64,000 nt of DNA, from contig CM126230.1 of the NCBI GenBank assembly GCA_052327205.1, positions 22,630,001-22,694,000 of the forward strand. Reading direction: 5' to 3'. The first letter of the stretch is position 1, and each line of letters opens with the position of its first letter. The position numbers and the translations under genes were made by a program. The notes beneath the pieces are model-generated. The model worked only from the letters and a program-made list of their open reading frames with translations, searched no databases and was not told the DNA's origin. Shown here in pieces: positions 39,201 to 52,915 of the stretch. The DNA comes from Somniosus microcephalus (Eukaryota).

Positions 39201-39624
39201 AACTGTTTCATTGTTGTTGTAAAATAAAGTATCTATTTGTCCCCAACCTTATTTTCACAATTGTGATATTTCAATTAGTGATAATTCAAATGGCAGCCTA
39301 AGGCATTTTGAAATTGTTATGGTTTGATTCAATTCCTGTTTGTTTATATTTGTTTTTTTCCCCTTGCTGCTCATGGTTACAGAGTTCTTATTTGTCTCTT
39401 TGCTGAATATGAAGTTTGAGTGAATCAAGTGAACATGTAACAGAGACATTTGCATGTGTTAGAGTGTGGCATAGGAATTGCAATGAAACGCATTGGGCAG
39501 CTTTTATCATTGAGCTAGATTATGGTGCTCCACTACTTGATGAATGTTGATAAAACATGTTGGATGATCTTGTGACAGAATAAAGTCATAAAGAGCACAC
39601 AGTTGGGGGAGATTTCCTATCCTG

Positions 39625-40048
39625 GGTCGACTAGGCCTGTATTCAATAGAGTTTAGAAGAATGAGAGGGGATCTCATTGAAACGTATAAAATTCTGACAG
39701 GGCTAGACAGACTGGATGCAGGGAGGATGTTTACCCTGGCTTGGGGGTCTAGAACAAAGGGGGTCACAGTCTCAGGATACGGGGTAGGACATTTAGGACA
39801 GATGAGAAATTTTTTCACTGAGGGTGGTGAACCTGTGGAATTCTCTACCACAGAAGGTTGTGGAGGCCAAATCACTGAATATATTTAAGAAGGAGATAGA
39901 TAGGTTTCTAGACACAAAAGGCATCAAGGGGTATGGGGAGAGAGCGGGAATATGGTATTGAGATAGAGGAGCAGCCATGATCATATTGAATGGCGGAGCA
40001 GGCTCGAAGGGCCGAATGGCCTACTCCTGCTCCTATTTTTCTATGTTT
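39625..40048 (+). mobile_element. CR1 LINE 3' fragment
   Basis: MRGDLIETYKILTGLDRLDAGRMF plus CR1 tail. Confidence 0.88.
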
Positions 40049-43000
40049 TTATCCTCATTTCTAGTGGAATCATAGAAGATTCTAAAAAGACAAGCGTTTG
40101 ATTTCTCTAGAAATAGCGATCAGGAAATCTCACTCTAATAATGATGCCATTCACATATTTTGATCAGAATAAATTTCCTCCTCCTCCCCCTCCAAATTAC
40201 TTTTCAGCTATTTCTCTGCCCTTTTCTTTTCAGTTTTTTCTTTCTTGTTTGAATGCTGCAGCACGTTTTTACACTAACTCTTCGTCTGTGCTCTTAAGTT
40301 CAGAGACTGTAACTACACTGGAACTGCTGATTTTCCTTTACTTTGAGTGGAGGCTATCAGAACGTAGATGATAGGAATAGCTTTCAAACCTTGAGGCAGT
40401 TCAACATTTCCATTCTGTATAGTTTTTCAATGGCCCACAGTTTATAATCCCCTACTCACCATTTAGCCATTTTGAAGTATGTCCTGGTAACATAGCTTGA
40501 TAGCAGTGGCCTGATTCCATGCTTTAAATCGTATTTATTTCTGTTTCCATGAACATTGATGAGCCGCAGTAACACATCTGAATGTTTTGGGACTTATTTT
40601 GTATCCTACATCTTGTACAATACACACCAGCTTGACTCTGTCTGATCTTGAAAGTGTCCAAATATTTATGTAGTTCATCCATTAGACTTTAGAATACAGT
40701 CATAGTTAAAGACCAATTATCCATGAAGGGGTTGAATTCGGAACTTGCAGTGCAGAATTCCTTTAAAGATTCTAAACATTTGGAAAACAAACCCAAAACT
40801 TTTGAAGAAAACGGATACTATAATTTTAATAGTTTCATGTAAAGTTACACACACATACTGCTCTTTAAGCAAATGCTTCGCAGTTTATTTTGTTGCAGTG
40901 AGAACTTAGGCCCACTTTCTGATGGTAAGTTGGGACTCAACGGTAAGGAGCAGTGAGGGGATCGAAACCAGCAGCGAAGATGATTCGGGTAGATCCACAG
41001 TTTGATGAGCTGAGAAATTTATCATCAAATCATTGATCGTCAAATATAACTTTCTTAAAAGCTAGTCTTTTCAAAAAAAAAAGTTATTGTTCTTTGAGAG
41101 AGATACCGCGTCTCTCAGTTAATTAATTTCCTCTTTCAAAAAAATTTATATTTTGCTCTTTGTGTGTTTGCATTTTTAAGAATGTTACTAGATTTCTGTG
41201 ATTTGAGACATTTAAGTGAGGATTCTTTTTTTTAACAGTATTGAGTCATGGGGGGGGGGAGGAGTGGAGAACTAATTTATTGAAGTCACAGTTCTTTCAG
41301 GGGTATGAAAGAGTGGTAACATGAATTAATTTTGTAGGTTTTCTTACGTTGAGTGAAAGAATGCTGCATTGAAGCATGTTTGGTTGATGTGTTTTTTTTT
41401 AAAAAGTCTTAGTGGCCCATTTTACACCAGTAGAGGGCGCGTGTAGCAGCACACCAATAGGTGAACTGCTTTCAAGTTTAACTTGTGTGCGATGAATGGG
41501 AAATTCAGTTATTATATTATTGTGGGCAACATGTTTCTGAACAGATTAATAGCAAATTATTAAAACTAAAAATGGAATCTAGGGAGGAATCGCTCAGCGA
41601 GTTTAAAGATTAAACCAAACGATCCTTTACATTCTTAAAGTAAATCCCTGCCTTAATTGAACCATTGTAAAATTCTGATAGCTGAGAGGCACCACAGTTC
41701 ACACTCGAACGTGTACCTAATTTTATTGTCACTATTTGATGCTTTTCTTGTGAACTGTTCCATAGACGATGTGAGTTAAAACAGTACGAAGAATGAGCTG
41801 GTGATCGCAAAATAATAGCAATGGGATATTTCACTGAGAATAATTGCTTAGTTTGACGAGATTTATCATCAGGATTTGAAATAAATTGTCGGAGACGACA
41901 CACCAGCTCGAGCAGCATTTGAAAGAGATTTATTTCACATGTAACTGATGATCTGATCAATGCTTCTACATGAAGTGTTTAACCCGACTCTTTCAGATGC
42001 TGACTCACTTGCTGTGCATTTTTCCAGCGTGTTTCATTATTTCAGTTTTCTGGCATTCACGGTTTGATTTTTTTTTTTAACTCCTTTACCTATTCAGGAT
42101 TTAAATCCTTTTGAAGATCATTTCAGTGGGAGAGAGGGAGGGGCCTTTGCTGATTTTAACAAGCTAGCAGTGGAGAACTTAGGGCAATGAATTATTTACC
42201 TTTTGTGCTTATTATTGCACAGCACTGCTGGTTAACATTGCATGATTTCAACCTAGTTTCATCTTGGAAAGCTTTGTAAAAACCACAAACTGGTCAATTT
42301 TTTTTCTCTCTCAAAAAGCATAATATATTCAATACAAGAACAGTAAAGAGCCCGTTCACTTACAAGCTTCTTTTCACATAGTGCAAAAAAACAATGAAAT
42401 ACATCGATAACATTGGTTGGACATTTAAAAATCTTAAACGTCTCACGAAAGACATGCTCGGATCTCAAATCTGTATGTGCAAATTGGTTCACGTTTCAAG
42501 CAGTAATTTATTGTCACAAGGTACAGGCCTTATTTTCAAAGACAACGCCATTTACTATTTTAATAGGTAAATGCATGGACTGTGGAGAACAGCCCATAAC
42601 TAGTCTGCAAACATGGCTCCACAAGGCACAGACAATTGGATATCTTGCTGTCCCAGAACTGTGATTAGTCATTTAATCTTTAAAAATAAGGCATATATAT
42701 ATTAATACTGCTGTCACCACATCTGTGTTACATGTCCTATCTCGGATCAGCAGGTAACCAATCTGCTTTATTTAGTTGCTTGGAGTCACTATGATAACAT
42801 GACACACAGCCAGCTGCTGTTTCGCCAGCCAGTCCAGTCCAGAAAAAGCAAGGACGCAGCACCACCATTGTCCTGAGTTTATACACAAACATAAAACACA
42901 AGAGGAAATCTGCATTGCTCACGGATTCAAGCTAAATGTTATCCAGCATTCTTGTCAAACTGTTTCCAAACGTAAGCAGAATGTAAATAACTGGTATTCA

Positions 43001-43114
43001 GTGAACACAGTTTTTCTTTTGTAACGCCATCTGATATTGTAAGCTCCTACAGGCTGTTTGTCAGGTTCAGAGGAGAATATAGTTGAGACTTAACCAAGGC
43101 CCCCCCCCTCCCGT

Positions 43115-43302
43115 TAGTCATCGTCGCTGGGTCAAAATCCTGGAACTCCCTCCCTAACAGCACCTGTGGGAGTACCTTCACCACACGGACTGCAGTGGTT
43201 CAAGAAGGTGGCTCACCACCACCTTCTCAAGGGCAATTAGGGATGGGCAATAAATGCTGGCCTTGCCAGAGACGCCCACATCTTAGGAACGAATTTAAAA
43301 AA
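43115..43302 (+). mobile_element. LINE 3' end (second CR1-like family)
   Basis: TGGAACTCCCTCCCTAACAGC...TTCAAGAAGGTGGCTCACCACCACCTTCTCAAGGGCAATTAGGGATGGGCAATAAATGC and A tail. Confidence 0.6.
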
Positions 43303-44643
43303 ATTGTCGTCCCAAGTAATGATTATACATGGCTCCATTTTTGAGCCTTTCGTGGTGTTACAATATATGGGCATTCCTCACTGCTAACCTCACCCTGCCT
43401 CTCCAATTTACCATGGCTTTATTTGGTAGAACAGGCCTTACCCTTAGTCCACTTTCAGAAGGATGTTTCTGGTTTTTTTTAAAGATAGGACAGCAACGTT
43501 GCTGACTTCCAAGTCCGAGCTGAGCTAGTTGTTTTCAGCTGGGGCCGCACTTAGCCTCAGCACATTTGGACTAAGAAGGCAAATAATCAGGAATCCCTGT
43601 CTCGATGCTGTCCAGTGACCCCTGCTGGAAAATGTCTAGAATTGGGCGTGAACAGCATCGGACTTGGTCACGATGCACTATGCAATTGAATAGCCTGTAC
43701 ATGCACTCTGTTATAAATCTCATCATCAAGAAACTACTTATGAAATAATGCTGGACGGCCAGCTGGTGGCGCCGTCCAAAGAGTATAAATACTCGGGCGT
43801 CGGCCCCAGCTTTCCAGGGACATTTTGTAAGACAAGGAACTAGTGAAGTACAACTAGACCTCCATGTTCTGAAACAAGTTGATTAAAGCCTTGCTTTATA
43901 CTCAAACCAAGTGTGTAGTGAGTTTTATTACGTCACACTGTCCAGGCTCTCTCTCTCAAAGGGTAGCCACATGAGTGATGGTCTGTGTGCGAGGAGGTGA
44001 AGGGAAGCAAGACCAAATAAAGTAAGAGTTAATCTCTCTAACAGTAAATGTAGAGTTATACAGTTGTTGAAATTTGCTACGGTTGGTTTTCAGAAGGTTT
44101 TGTTGGGACAGTGAACACTGCAAGTTACCGATCTACAATATAGGGAAAACACTGCTATTGGTGGTTTTGTTTTCACCATTTGCAATTGATGGGAAGGGTG
44201 TGTGGTGTCTGGTATATTCTTACATTACAATGCTGCAGCCACATGCAAACTGAGCGAGAGAGGGAAACCTTGTGGAAAATAACAAGGTGCAGTGGATTTT
44301 CCACCAAATACTGGAATAAACCAACTCAAGTCCTGGTGAACCTATTCGATAGCCAAGAAGACTTCTAGTATTCTATTTCCATTCCCATATTCCATTTCCA
44401 TTCCTTTTCCCTTAACCAAAGATTCTGACATCCTCGTAGATAAAAGATTTCTTGGTAAGTTAGTCCAAACATTTGTATAACTGTATTGTCAGAAACAAAA
44501 CCTCACTTTACAATACGTACCTTTAAAACACATTCCTGCCCCCACCCGTCCATTCCCGAGCAGCAGATTGGCCTGAAAGTTCACTTAAGACTGTAGGTGA
44601 GGACTTGATTCTGTTTAATTGACAGTGCGTGAGACATCGTTAT

Positions 44644-44790
44644 CAAAATAACAACAGAAAATGCTGGAAAAACTCAGCAGGTCAGGTAACATCCGTGGAG
44701 AGAAAATAGTCAACGTTTCGGGTCAAAACCCTTTGATAAAGATGTCTCGCGCTATTTTGGATTTCCAGCATCTGTAGTATTTTGCTATCA
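44644..44790. mobile_element. Same Penelope-like family, rearranged copy (more degenerate copies at ~30465-30655 and ~41975-42065)
   Basis: AACAGAAAATGCTGGAAAAACTCAGCAGGTCAGGTAACATCCGTGGAGAG...GATTTCCAGCATCTGTAGTATTTTGC. Confidence 0.6.
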
Positions 44791-47633
44791 GACATCTTTA
44801 TCAAATTGACACCTCACATGTACTGAATAACATGCACTTTAATCCACTCACATCTGCACCTCCCAACATATTTCATTCCTGTAAATAAGTTAGGGACTGC
44901 AACAATAAATAAACTATCTTGACATGGTTGTTAAACAGCAGGGGCGTGACCTCAATCCATTTGTTGAGTCTTGTTTTATTGTAACTGTACTGATCCATTA
45001 ATCATCAGGGTAATTAATAAGAATATACAGCCTCGCCATATCACTATGGTGCAAGGGCAAGTGACTTGGAGCACACAGGTTATGCAAGCGGGAATGAGTC
45101 AAAAGGCATTTTCTCCTGAGTGTGGAGGTGGATAATCTACCTGATGCCACCTTCTATGGCCACTGAAGAGCTGGGGTCTAAAACTCTTGCTGATCTTTCA
45201 GTGATTGACATATGGTTGGCTTTCACTGATGTGAAACTTTGTTGGAAACAGTAAAACTAAGACTGCCATGAAATAAAAGAAATCGTGGCATAGATGTCTT
45301 CTGTCTGACGACCATACTGATGTAAGCTCACGAGCTGAAATACTTTGATTCCTGCTGGGGGGGGCCTGTGGAGTGGTAGTGAAGTGTTTTCCGTACAGGG
45401 GCAGGCAGTGAAATCCAAAAAAAGTTTTTTTTTAAATATATAATCGTTGAGTGACAAGAGTTAAATATTTAGAATGCGGTGCAAGGTGTGAGGATTGGGG
45501 CTCAGATCAACATGTCAGTTAAAGGATTGCACTTTAGGGAAGTGTTGTGGCATCTGGAGGGATCAAAAAGACAGCCAATGGGCTCGCACAGGGCATGTTA
45601 AAACATCTGTCCATGTAGAAGTAACTTTCATTCTAAATAGGTTTTAGTTTATATTTTGAACACACAATCCTGCAATCTACCCAGGGGAAAGTAATGGCAA
45701 CCCTACTTTAGCATGAGCTAATTAATGTCCTTCCTGTGTGAGCTGAGCTACTCCACCATGTGTCTCGGACAACGAGCACCAAAGCTGGGTGCACCGGCAC
45801 TGACCAGTAACCCCACACCCGCACTAGACTCGGGGGTTCAGTTAAGTATCCTTTCACTTTACATTATCTGCATTGTCATTTACAAATGGGATGTCACCAA
45901 TTTGCTGTGCTCCAGTTTGCAATTGATAGTATAAATACAGACTTATGCCCCAGCCCTTCAGATCTGCAGTCTGTGATAGTGTGATAGTGCCAGTTTGGTA
46001 GGTCATATAAAGGGGACGGGGGAACTTGGCCGATGATGGCCCTCATTACAAAACATTAACAGTTTTCTTGTGCTTTTCACCTCTGTACAGCCTGAAAATG
46101 TTAAATTAACAAGCAATCATTAAAGATTGGATTTTCAATGGGGAATATTAATCTGAGAATTATTTTTTGCTTGGTTCCAAAATCCCACATTTCTTTTATT
46201 TTCAATTTCTACGTGGCTTGAAGAGAATGAGCTCATTCTTAACTATAACCTGGATTTGTTTTTGATAAGCTGCCACTTTGCAGTGACATACCTGCAGCTC
46301 TGATTGGGGAAGGGGGGCACAAACCCAGCAAGATTACTCTGTGTAAACAAATCAGAGAGGAAAAAAAAAAGTGGGGCAATTTGAGCGGAGTGTCCCTTAA
46401 TTGCGCATCATTGCAACTTTGAATTCATGCATCATTTCACAGAGGCACCCTCGTGATTTACTGAGGATCGTTCTTACCCCCATTCGACACGTCTTCTCAT
46501 TGCTTTCCTTCCTCCAAAGTTTTGCCTCGGCATCTACAGACTGTGCTAAATCTCAGGTTTCTCATACAGGCCAGTCTTGCTTGACATCGTCACAAACTGT
46601 CTAGTAAGAGAGTCAGTTTCTTATTGATGCAAACTGTAATCCAGTCGCAATCTCACCAGAATCAAATTTAGTGAAGTGGTGAGGCAGCACCTCCAGGAGG
46701 CAGTCTTGCACAGTTTTGGGTGCACACCTGCTCTCTCTTCTCTTAGGCAGTCCCTCGGAACCAAGGATGGCGTAACACCTGCTACACAGTACAACCATAA
46801 CTTGTGCAAAATGTATCTAACAAAATTCCCATACAGTCCACTGGACAGCTTCAGTAAAAAAAAAAAGAATTTTTAATCTTGTACTGCCAACAGCCACTTC
46901 AACTTGGCAATCAGGTGGCAGTGAATGGAGGTTTTTGGATATATGTATACACACACTCAATTTTCACTATCTCTGGCCAGGATGTGACCTGGAACTGGCA
47001 GTATAACTCTGGTTTGCTGGCACTGTGTTAGTCCAGCAGGTCTTAAAGTGGTACCTGTAATATTTTTTTTTTTAACTCCTTAATTATATATTTTTAAAAA
47101 TGGACAATTTGGCTCTGAAATGCTGTGCGGGGTGAAATACTGACTGACATGGGCATAAAAAAAATTAGCCTTGCATTCAACCTTCCCCAGTCTGATCTTC
47201 GGGTGCGTAAATCTCCTAGACACACGAGTCATTTCAAGCCCACCCAATAGCTCACAATGCCAAGACTGTTGGAGCAGAGAGGAGATGGGCCTCACCCCAT
47301 CACACACTACACTGTTGCTTCTCAAGTAGAGGAAGCATAGTGTGCGGAACGCTTTGGAGTGAAGATAAACCAGAAGACAAAACAAAGCAATTCCCAAAGA
47401 TTTTCTTTGGAAGATCGATGTGTAAACAGCCTGTGGGAGCTACAAGAGGCTTTTCAACAACAACAACGAAACACAGGTAGTACAAAATGGAATTGTCTAT
47501 TAATACTCATACCACATTAATTCATAACATTAAAAATAAATGCATACGCTTCTTATAAAATGTCAATGAAGTATGTAAACGTGTCTTCATGGTCTTGCAT
47601 GTTGCAGTTTTAAGAACGTAAAGCAGATTTTTG

Positions 47634-47859
47634 CTATTTGGTTTTGGTTTCCCTGGCTTCCAGTGTCAAGTCTCCTAATGTGGCAAAGAAGTCCTCCATC
47701 TCCTTCTGCAGAAGTTGGTTTCTTTTCTCTGCGTCTTCGCGTGCCCGTTCTGCGTTTCGCATTTTTATTTCAAGCATGGCGTATCTCTTTTTCCCTTGGT
47801 CCAGTTCCTCTTCCAGTCTGTTCACTTGCAATCGCAGCTCCGTGCTAGACTCTTCAAGC
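47634..47859 (-). CDS. ARHGAP22: ARHGAP22 last coding exon (C-terminal coiled coil)
   Basis: ctttcctCAG|G; phase matches previous exon; [74 protein letters not shown]. Confidence 0.93.
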
Positions 47860-48524
47860 CTGAGGAAAGGGATACAATTAACTTGGCTTCGCTCCTACTT
47901 TCTCATCGGTCGTTTGGTTACTGTAACCTAATGTGTGTCAAGCAGCATTTCAGCAATGTTACCACATTGGAGAGAATTAAGAAAATCCTGATCTGTGATT
48001 GGAGAATAGGCCTCACACTTTGACCCTGTGTCCAGCCGTCTAAAGCACGGAGATGAGGACAGATGGGAAATCTATCATCTTTAAACAGGATCTTTGGCCT
48101 TTTTACTGAAAGCTCGTAACCCGATATGTATAATTATATTTACATTATCTCTTGCTGAAATCATGTTCTCATTTTTAACTGTGTGCCAATTTCTTACATT
48201 TTGTCTAGGCTACTTTGGCTTTTCACAACCCACGCCAACTTGTCGATCGCCCACCTTGGGGTTTGTGTGCACTATAGGGCAAAATAAATCTGATCTGATA
48301 TTCTCTCTCTCTCTGCCGTCCCCCCCCCCCCCCCCCCCCAAAAAGAGATAAAGCCCCACTCTGCAGAACAACAACACTAACAGTCCAGCATAACTCACCT
48401 TGTATATTTGAACGGGAACCAAAGTCCGAAACCTTTGGCTGGTATTACAGTGCATTTATCTCACTGATTCTGGCTACTATAGGCCAACATACAACTGTCG
48501 CTCCTTATCTACCCATTCCCCCCA

Positions 48525-48833
48525 AAACAATAACTTGCATTCATATAAGCACCTATAACACAAAACATGTCCAAAAGCTACTTCACAGGGTGGAGGGAGA
48601 AATAAATGCAGAGCCAAAGGAGAGATTAGAAAGGATGGCCAAGCCTTTGGTCAATGGGGTGAGTTTTGAGGAAGAGAAGGTGGTGGATTGGCTTTGGGAA
48701 GGGTTTCCAGAGAGTTGGACCTAGGTAGCTGAAGAAACACCCATCAATGGTTGGGCGGAGGGAGGCTGCACAAGTGGCTGGAATCGTAGGAACCAAGAGT
48801 TCATGCGGGATAGGATCAAGAGCAGCAGAGTTT
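48525..48833 (-). mobile_element. Degenerate L2-type fragment that is the Gypsy insertion site
   Basis: Reverse-strand similarity to the 20075/60903 family (FSYLGPTLWKPFPK...LKTHPID). Confidence 0.6.
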
Positions 48834-48838
48834 TGGAT

Positions 48839-49051
48839 TGTGGTAAACCACTGTTTGTATTCCACTGTGTACATGCCTGGACATGCCTCAGCTGACTCCT
48901 CCCACAAGTCCGAGTATAAAGGTGACTGCTCCCCAGCCCTTTGTATTTCTGGACCGGTCGACCACTCGAGGCAGACCTTCATTCTTTTGTTAATAAAAGC
49001 CTTTAGTTACTCTCTTAACTCTGTCTTTTATGAGTAATTGATAGCGCATCA
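48839..49051 (+). repeat. 5' LTR (213 bp)
   Basis: TGTGGTAAACC...GCGCATCA; TATAAA at 48915, AATAAA at 48992. Confidence 0.96.
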
Positions 49052-49074
49052 ATTTTATTAACAAAATTTTTATA

Positions 49075-52000
49075 ATGGAGAAGATCCTCACACCAGCATG
49101 CCTGGACTTAGATCATCGGGAGGCGGACTCATCCACCAAGTTTACTCACTGGCTTAAGTGTTTCGAAAAATTCCTGACCGCCTCCGCAGCAATCAAATCG
49201 GACGAGGACAAACTGGATGTCCTGACCTCCAAAGTGAACCACCGAGTGTACTCGGTCATCCAAGACGCGACCTCGTACGCGGACGCTATCAAGCTCCTCA
49301 AGGACCAGTACACGCGCCCAGTGAACGAAGTGTACGCCAGGCACCTTCTGGCGAGTCGTAAACAACAACCTGGGGAATCGACCGTGGAATACCTTCAGGC
49401 ACTGTCTGTGCTTGGCCGGGCCTGTGGTTGTAAGGATGTAAAGGCCGCCGTGTACACAGAGGAACTTATCCGGGACGCTTTTGTAGCGGGCCACAGATCC
49501 AATTACACCCGACAGCGACTGTTGGAGCAGAGTGACCTCGACCTCAACAAGGCCTCTGAACTCGCACTATCATTGGATGCAGCCTACCGGGGCATGGATG
49601 CCTACTCCTCTGCACCGTGGACGCCGCGGGGAATGACAGCCTGGGACACGGTAGGACCGCCTCATAGCGCCGTGCCACCCCAGCCACACCCCAGCAACGG
49701 CCCAACTACCGCAGCAGTGTCCCAAGGCCAGACAGCAGTGCCCCAAGGCCAGAAATGCTACTTCTGTGGCCAGGCAAAACACCCCAGAGCGCGCTGCCCG
49801 GCGAAAAACGCGATCTGCTCGGGCTGCGGGAAGAAGGGACACTACGCTAACGTCTGCAGGGCCAAAGCCACCCCGAACCCCAGCAGCGCCGCGTGTGGGC
49901 CATGCGGGCCGCCATCTTGGGCCTCCCCGGCCATGTGCGAACCACCGGTACAGCAGCCATTTTGGACACCTCCAGCCACATGGGGATCATGGACGCCGCC
50001 ATCTTGGACGACAGCCGGAACGCAGCAGGCCCCCAACACCGCCTCATCTGATACCCGCAGCGACACACCGACCCCTACGCTGGCATCCGTTACACTGGAC
50101 CAAGCGAGACCGCACCAGCTGGCCAGTTCCACAATGGACATTAAGGTAAATGGCCACGATACAATCTGCCTTTTTGACTCTGGGAGCACGGAGAGCTTCA
50201 TCCACCCCGACACGGTGCGGCGTTGCTCTCTCCCAGTCCTGCCTGCGCACCAGCGGATTTCTATGGCCTCCGAGTCCCAGTCGGCGGACATCGGCGGCTA
50301 CTGCGTAGTGACACTCGTAGTAGACGGGACCGTGTACGATCATTTTAAACTTCTGGTCCTGCCCGACCTCTGCGCTGCCGTCCTGCTGGGGTTAGATTTT
50401 CAGTGCCACCTTAAAAGTGTTACGATGGCGTACGGTGGACCCCTACCCCCACTCACAGTCCGCAGCCAGCAGCTCCCAAATTGCTCGCCGCGCACCAGGT
50501 GCAACCTCTCCACACTCAGTCACCCCCCCCCCCCCCCACTGTTTGCTAACCTCACCCCTGACTGTAAGCCCATCGCCACAAAGAGCAGGCGATACAGTGC
50601 CGGGGACAGGGTTTTCATTAAAACCGAAGTGGAGCGGCTCCTGAAGGAAGGGATTATTGAGGGCAGCACCAGCCCCTGGCGAGCCCAGGTTGTGGTCGTT
50701 AAGACCGGCGAGAAGCAGCGCCTGGTCATCGACTACAGCCAGACAATAAATCGCTACACCCTGCTGGACGCCTACCCACTCCCCCGCATAGCTGATATGG
50801 TCAACCAGATCGCGCAGTACCGCGTCTTCTCGACCATTGACCTGAAATCAGCGTACCACCAGCTCCCTATCCGCCCTGAGGACCGCCAGTATACTGCCTT
50901 TGAGGCAAACGGCCGCCTCTACCACTTCCTTAGGGTTCCCTTTGGCGTCACCAACGGGGTCTCCGTCTTCCAAAGGGAGATGGACCGGATGGTAGATCAA
51001 AATGCGTTGCAGGCCACTTTCCCATATCTGGACAATGTGACCATCTGCGGCCGTGACTTGCAGGACCATGACGCAAACCTCGAAAAATTCCTCCGCACCG
51101 CCCAACTCCTGAACCTGACATATAACAAGGAGAAGTGCATATTCCGCACAAACCGCCTCGCCATCCTTGGCTGTGTTGTGGAACACGGAGTCATCGGCCC
51201 CGACCCCGACCGGATGCATCCCCTTATGGAACTCCCACTGCCCCACTGCCTCAAGGCCCTGAAGAGGTGCTTAGGGTTTTTCTCCTATTATGCCCAGTGG
51301 GTCCCCTACTATGCGGACAAGGCCCATCGGCTGATCAAGTCCACCTCTTTTCCCTTGACGGCAGAGGCCCGCTTAGCCTTCCACCGTATCAAGGAAGACA
51401 TTGCCAAAGCCACCATGCACGCAGTGGACGAATCCATCCCCTTCCAGGTGGAAAGCGACGCGTCCGACTTTGCCCTGGCCGCTACCCTCAATCAGGCGGG
51501 GAGACCCGTGGCCTTCTTTTCACGAACCCTCCAAGGCCCGGAGACCAGACACTCCGCTGTTGAGAAGGAGGCCCAGGCGATTGTGGAGGCTGCGTCATTG
51601 GAGGCACTACCTGGCCGGAAAACGATTTACCCTGCTCACTGGCCAACGTTCAGTTGCTTTCATGTTTAACAACAAGCAGAGGGGCAAAATCAAAAATGAC
51701 AAGATCTTGAGGTGGAGAATCGAACTTTCCACCTACAATTACGAGATCTTGTACCGGCCCGGGAAGCTCAATGAACCCCCGGATGCGCTATCGCGTGGCA
51801 CCTGCGCCAGCGCGCAGATCGATAGACTGCGGGCCCTCCACAATGACCTCTGCCACCCGGGGGTCACCAGGTTCTTCCACTTCATCAAGGCCCGCAACCT
51901 GCCTTACTCTATTGAGGAGGTCAGGACCATGACCAGGAACTGCCAAGTCTGCGCTGAGTGCAAACCGCACTTTTATAGACCAGACAGGGCCCACCTGATA

Positions 52001-52915
52001 AAAGCCACTCGCCCCTTCGAGCGCCTGAGCGTTGATTTTAAAGGGCCTCTCCCCTCCTCCGACCGCAATGTGTACTTCCTCAATATTATTGATGAGTACT
52101 CCCGTTTCCCGTTCGCCATCCCCTGCCCGGACATGACCAGTGCCACGGTCATTAAATGTCTGAACGACCTCTTCACCCTGTTCGGTTTCCCCAGCTATAT
52201 CCATAGCGACCGGGGCTCATCGTTTATGAGCGACGAACTCCGTCAGTACCTGCTAACTAGGGGTATTGCCACAAGCAGGACCACCAGTTACAACCCCCGG
52301 GGGAACGGACAGGTGGAAAGAGAAAATGCGACAGTTTGGAAGGCCGCCCTGCTAGCCTTAAAGTCTAGGGGCCTTCCAACCTCCCGCTGGCAGGATGTGC
52401 TCCCCGATGCGCTCCACTCTATTCGGTCACTGCTCTGCACTGCCACTAACGCCACCCCTCATGAGAAAATGTTTGTCTTCCCAAGGAAGTCCACATCGGG
52501 GACATCGCTACCGCCATGGCTGACGTCCCCAGGGCCGGTCCTACTGAGAAGGCACGTGAGGACCCATAAAACGGACCCCCTGGTCGAGAGGGTCGACCTC
52601 CTCCACGCCAACCCCCAGTATGCTTACATTGCATACCCGGACGGGCGGGAGGACACAGTCTCCATAAGAGACCTTGCACCCTCGGGGGCCACAGTAACCC
52701 ACTACTCACTACCACCCCCCCCCACGATCCGATATCCAGCCCCAGCAGACGGCAGGCCTGGGCCCAGCGACCCGCTCGACACCTACGAGGACGCCACGCC
52801 TGTGCCACAGCCTACGCGGGACTCGACGCCGGAAGCTCCACTACCCCTGCCGTCGCCACGCCGATCACAGCGGCAGACAAGACCTCCGGAGAGACTCCAA
52901 TACACTAACTTTTAA
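49075..52915 (+). CDS. Gag-Pol polyprotein, single ORF broken by one frameshift at ~51592
   Basis: Two zinc knuckles (CYFCGQAKHPRARC, CSGCGKKGHYANVC), protease LFDSGS, RT (IDLKSAYHQ, VPFGVTNG, YLDN), RNase H (ESDAS, EKEAQA), integrase HHCC + DDE (VDFKG, SDRG, GQVER); frames of ORFs 49075-51669 and 51401-52915 join at IVEA/RHWRHYL. Confidence 0.93.

Noticed and set aside
42507-42512. AATAAA on the - strand as the ARHGAP22 poly(A) signal
   Set aside because: One of several candidates in AT-rich sequence; cannot choose without transcript data.
51560-51669. Programmed ribosomal frameshift between the two Gypsy ORFs
   Set aside because: The break is in mid RNase H with no slippery site and fits a 2-nt deletion.
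49129-52808. Many antisense and alternate-frame ORFs inside the retrotransposon
   Set aside because: Expected shadow ORFs of GC-rich coding sequence; no env-like features.
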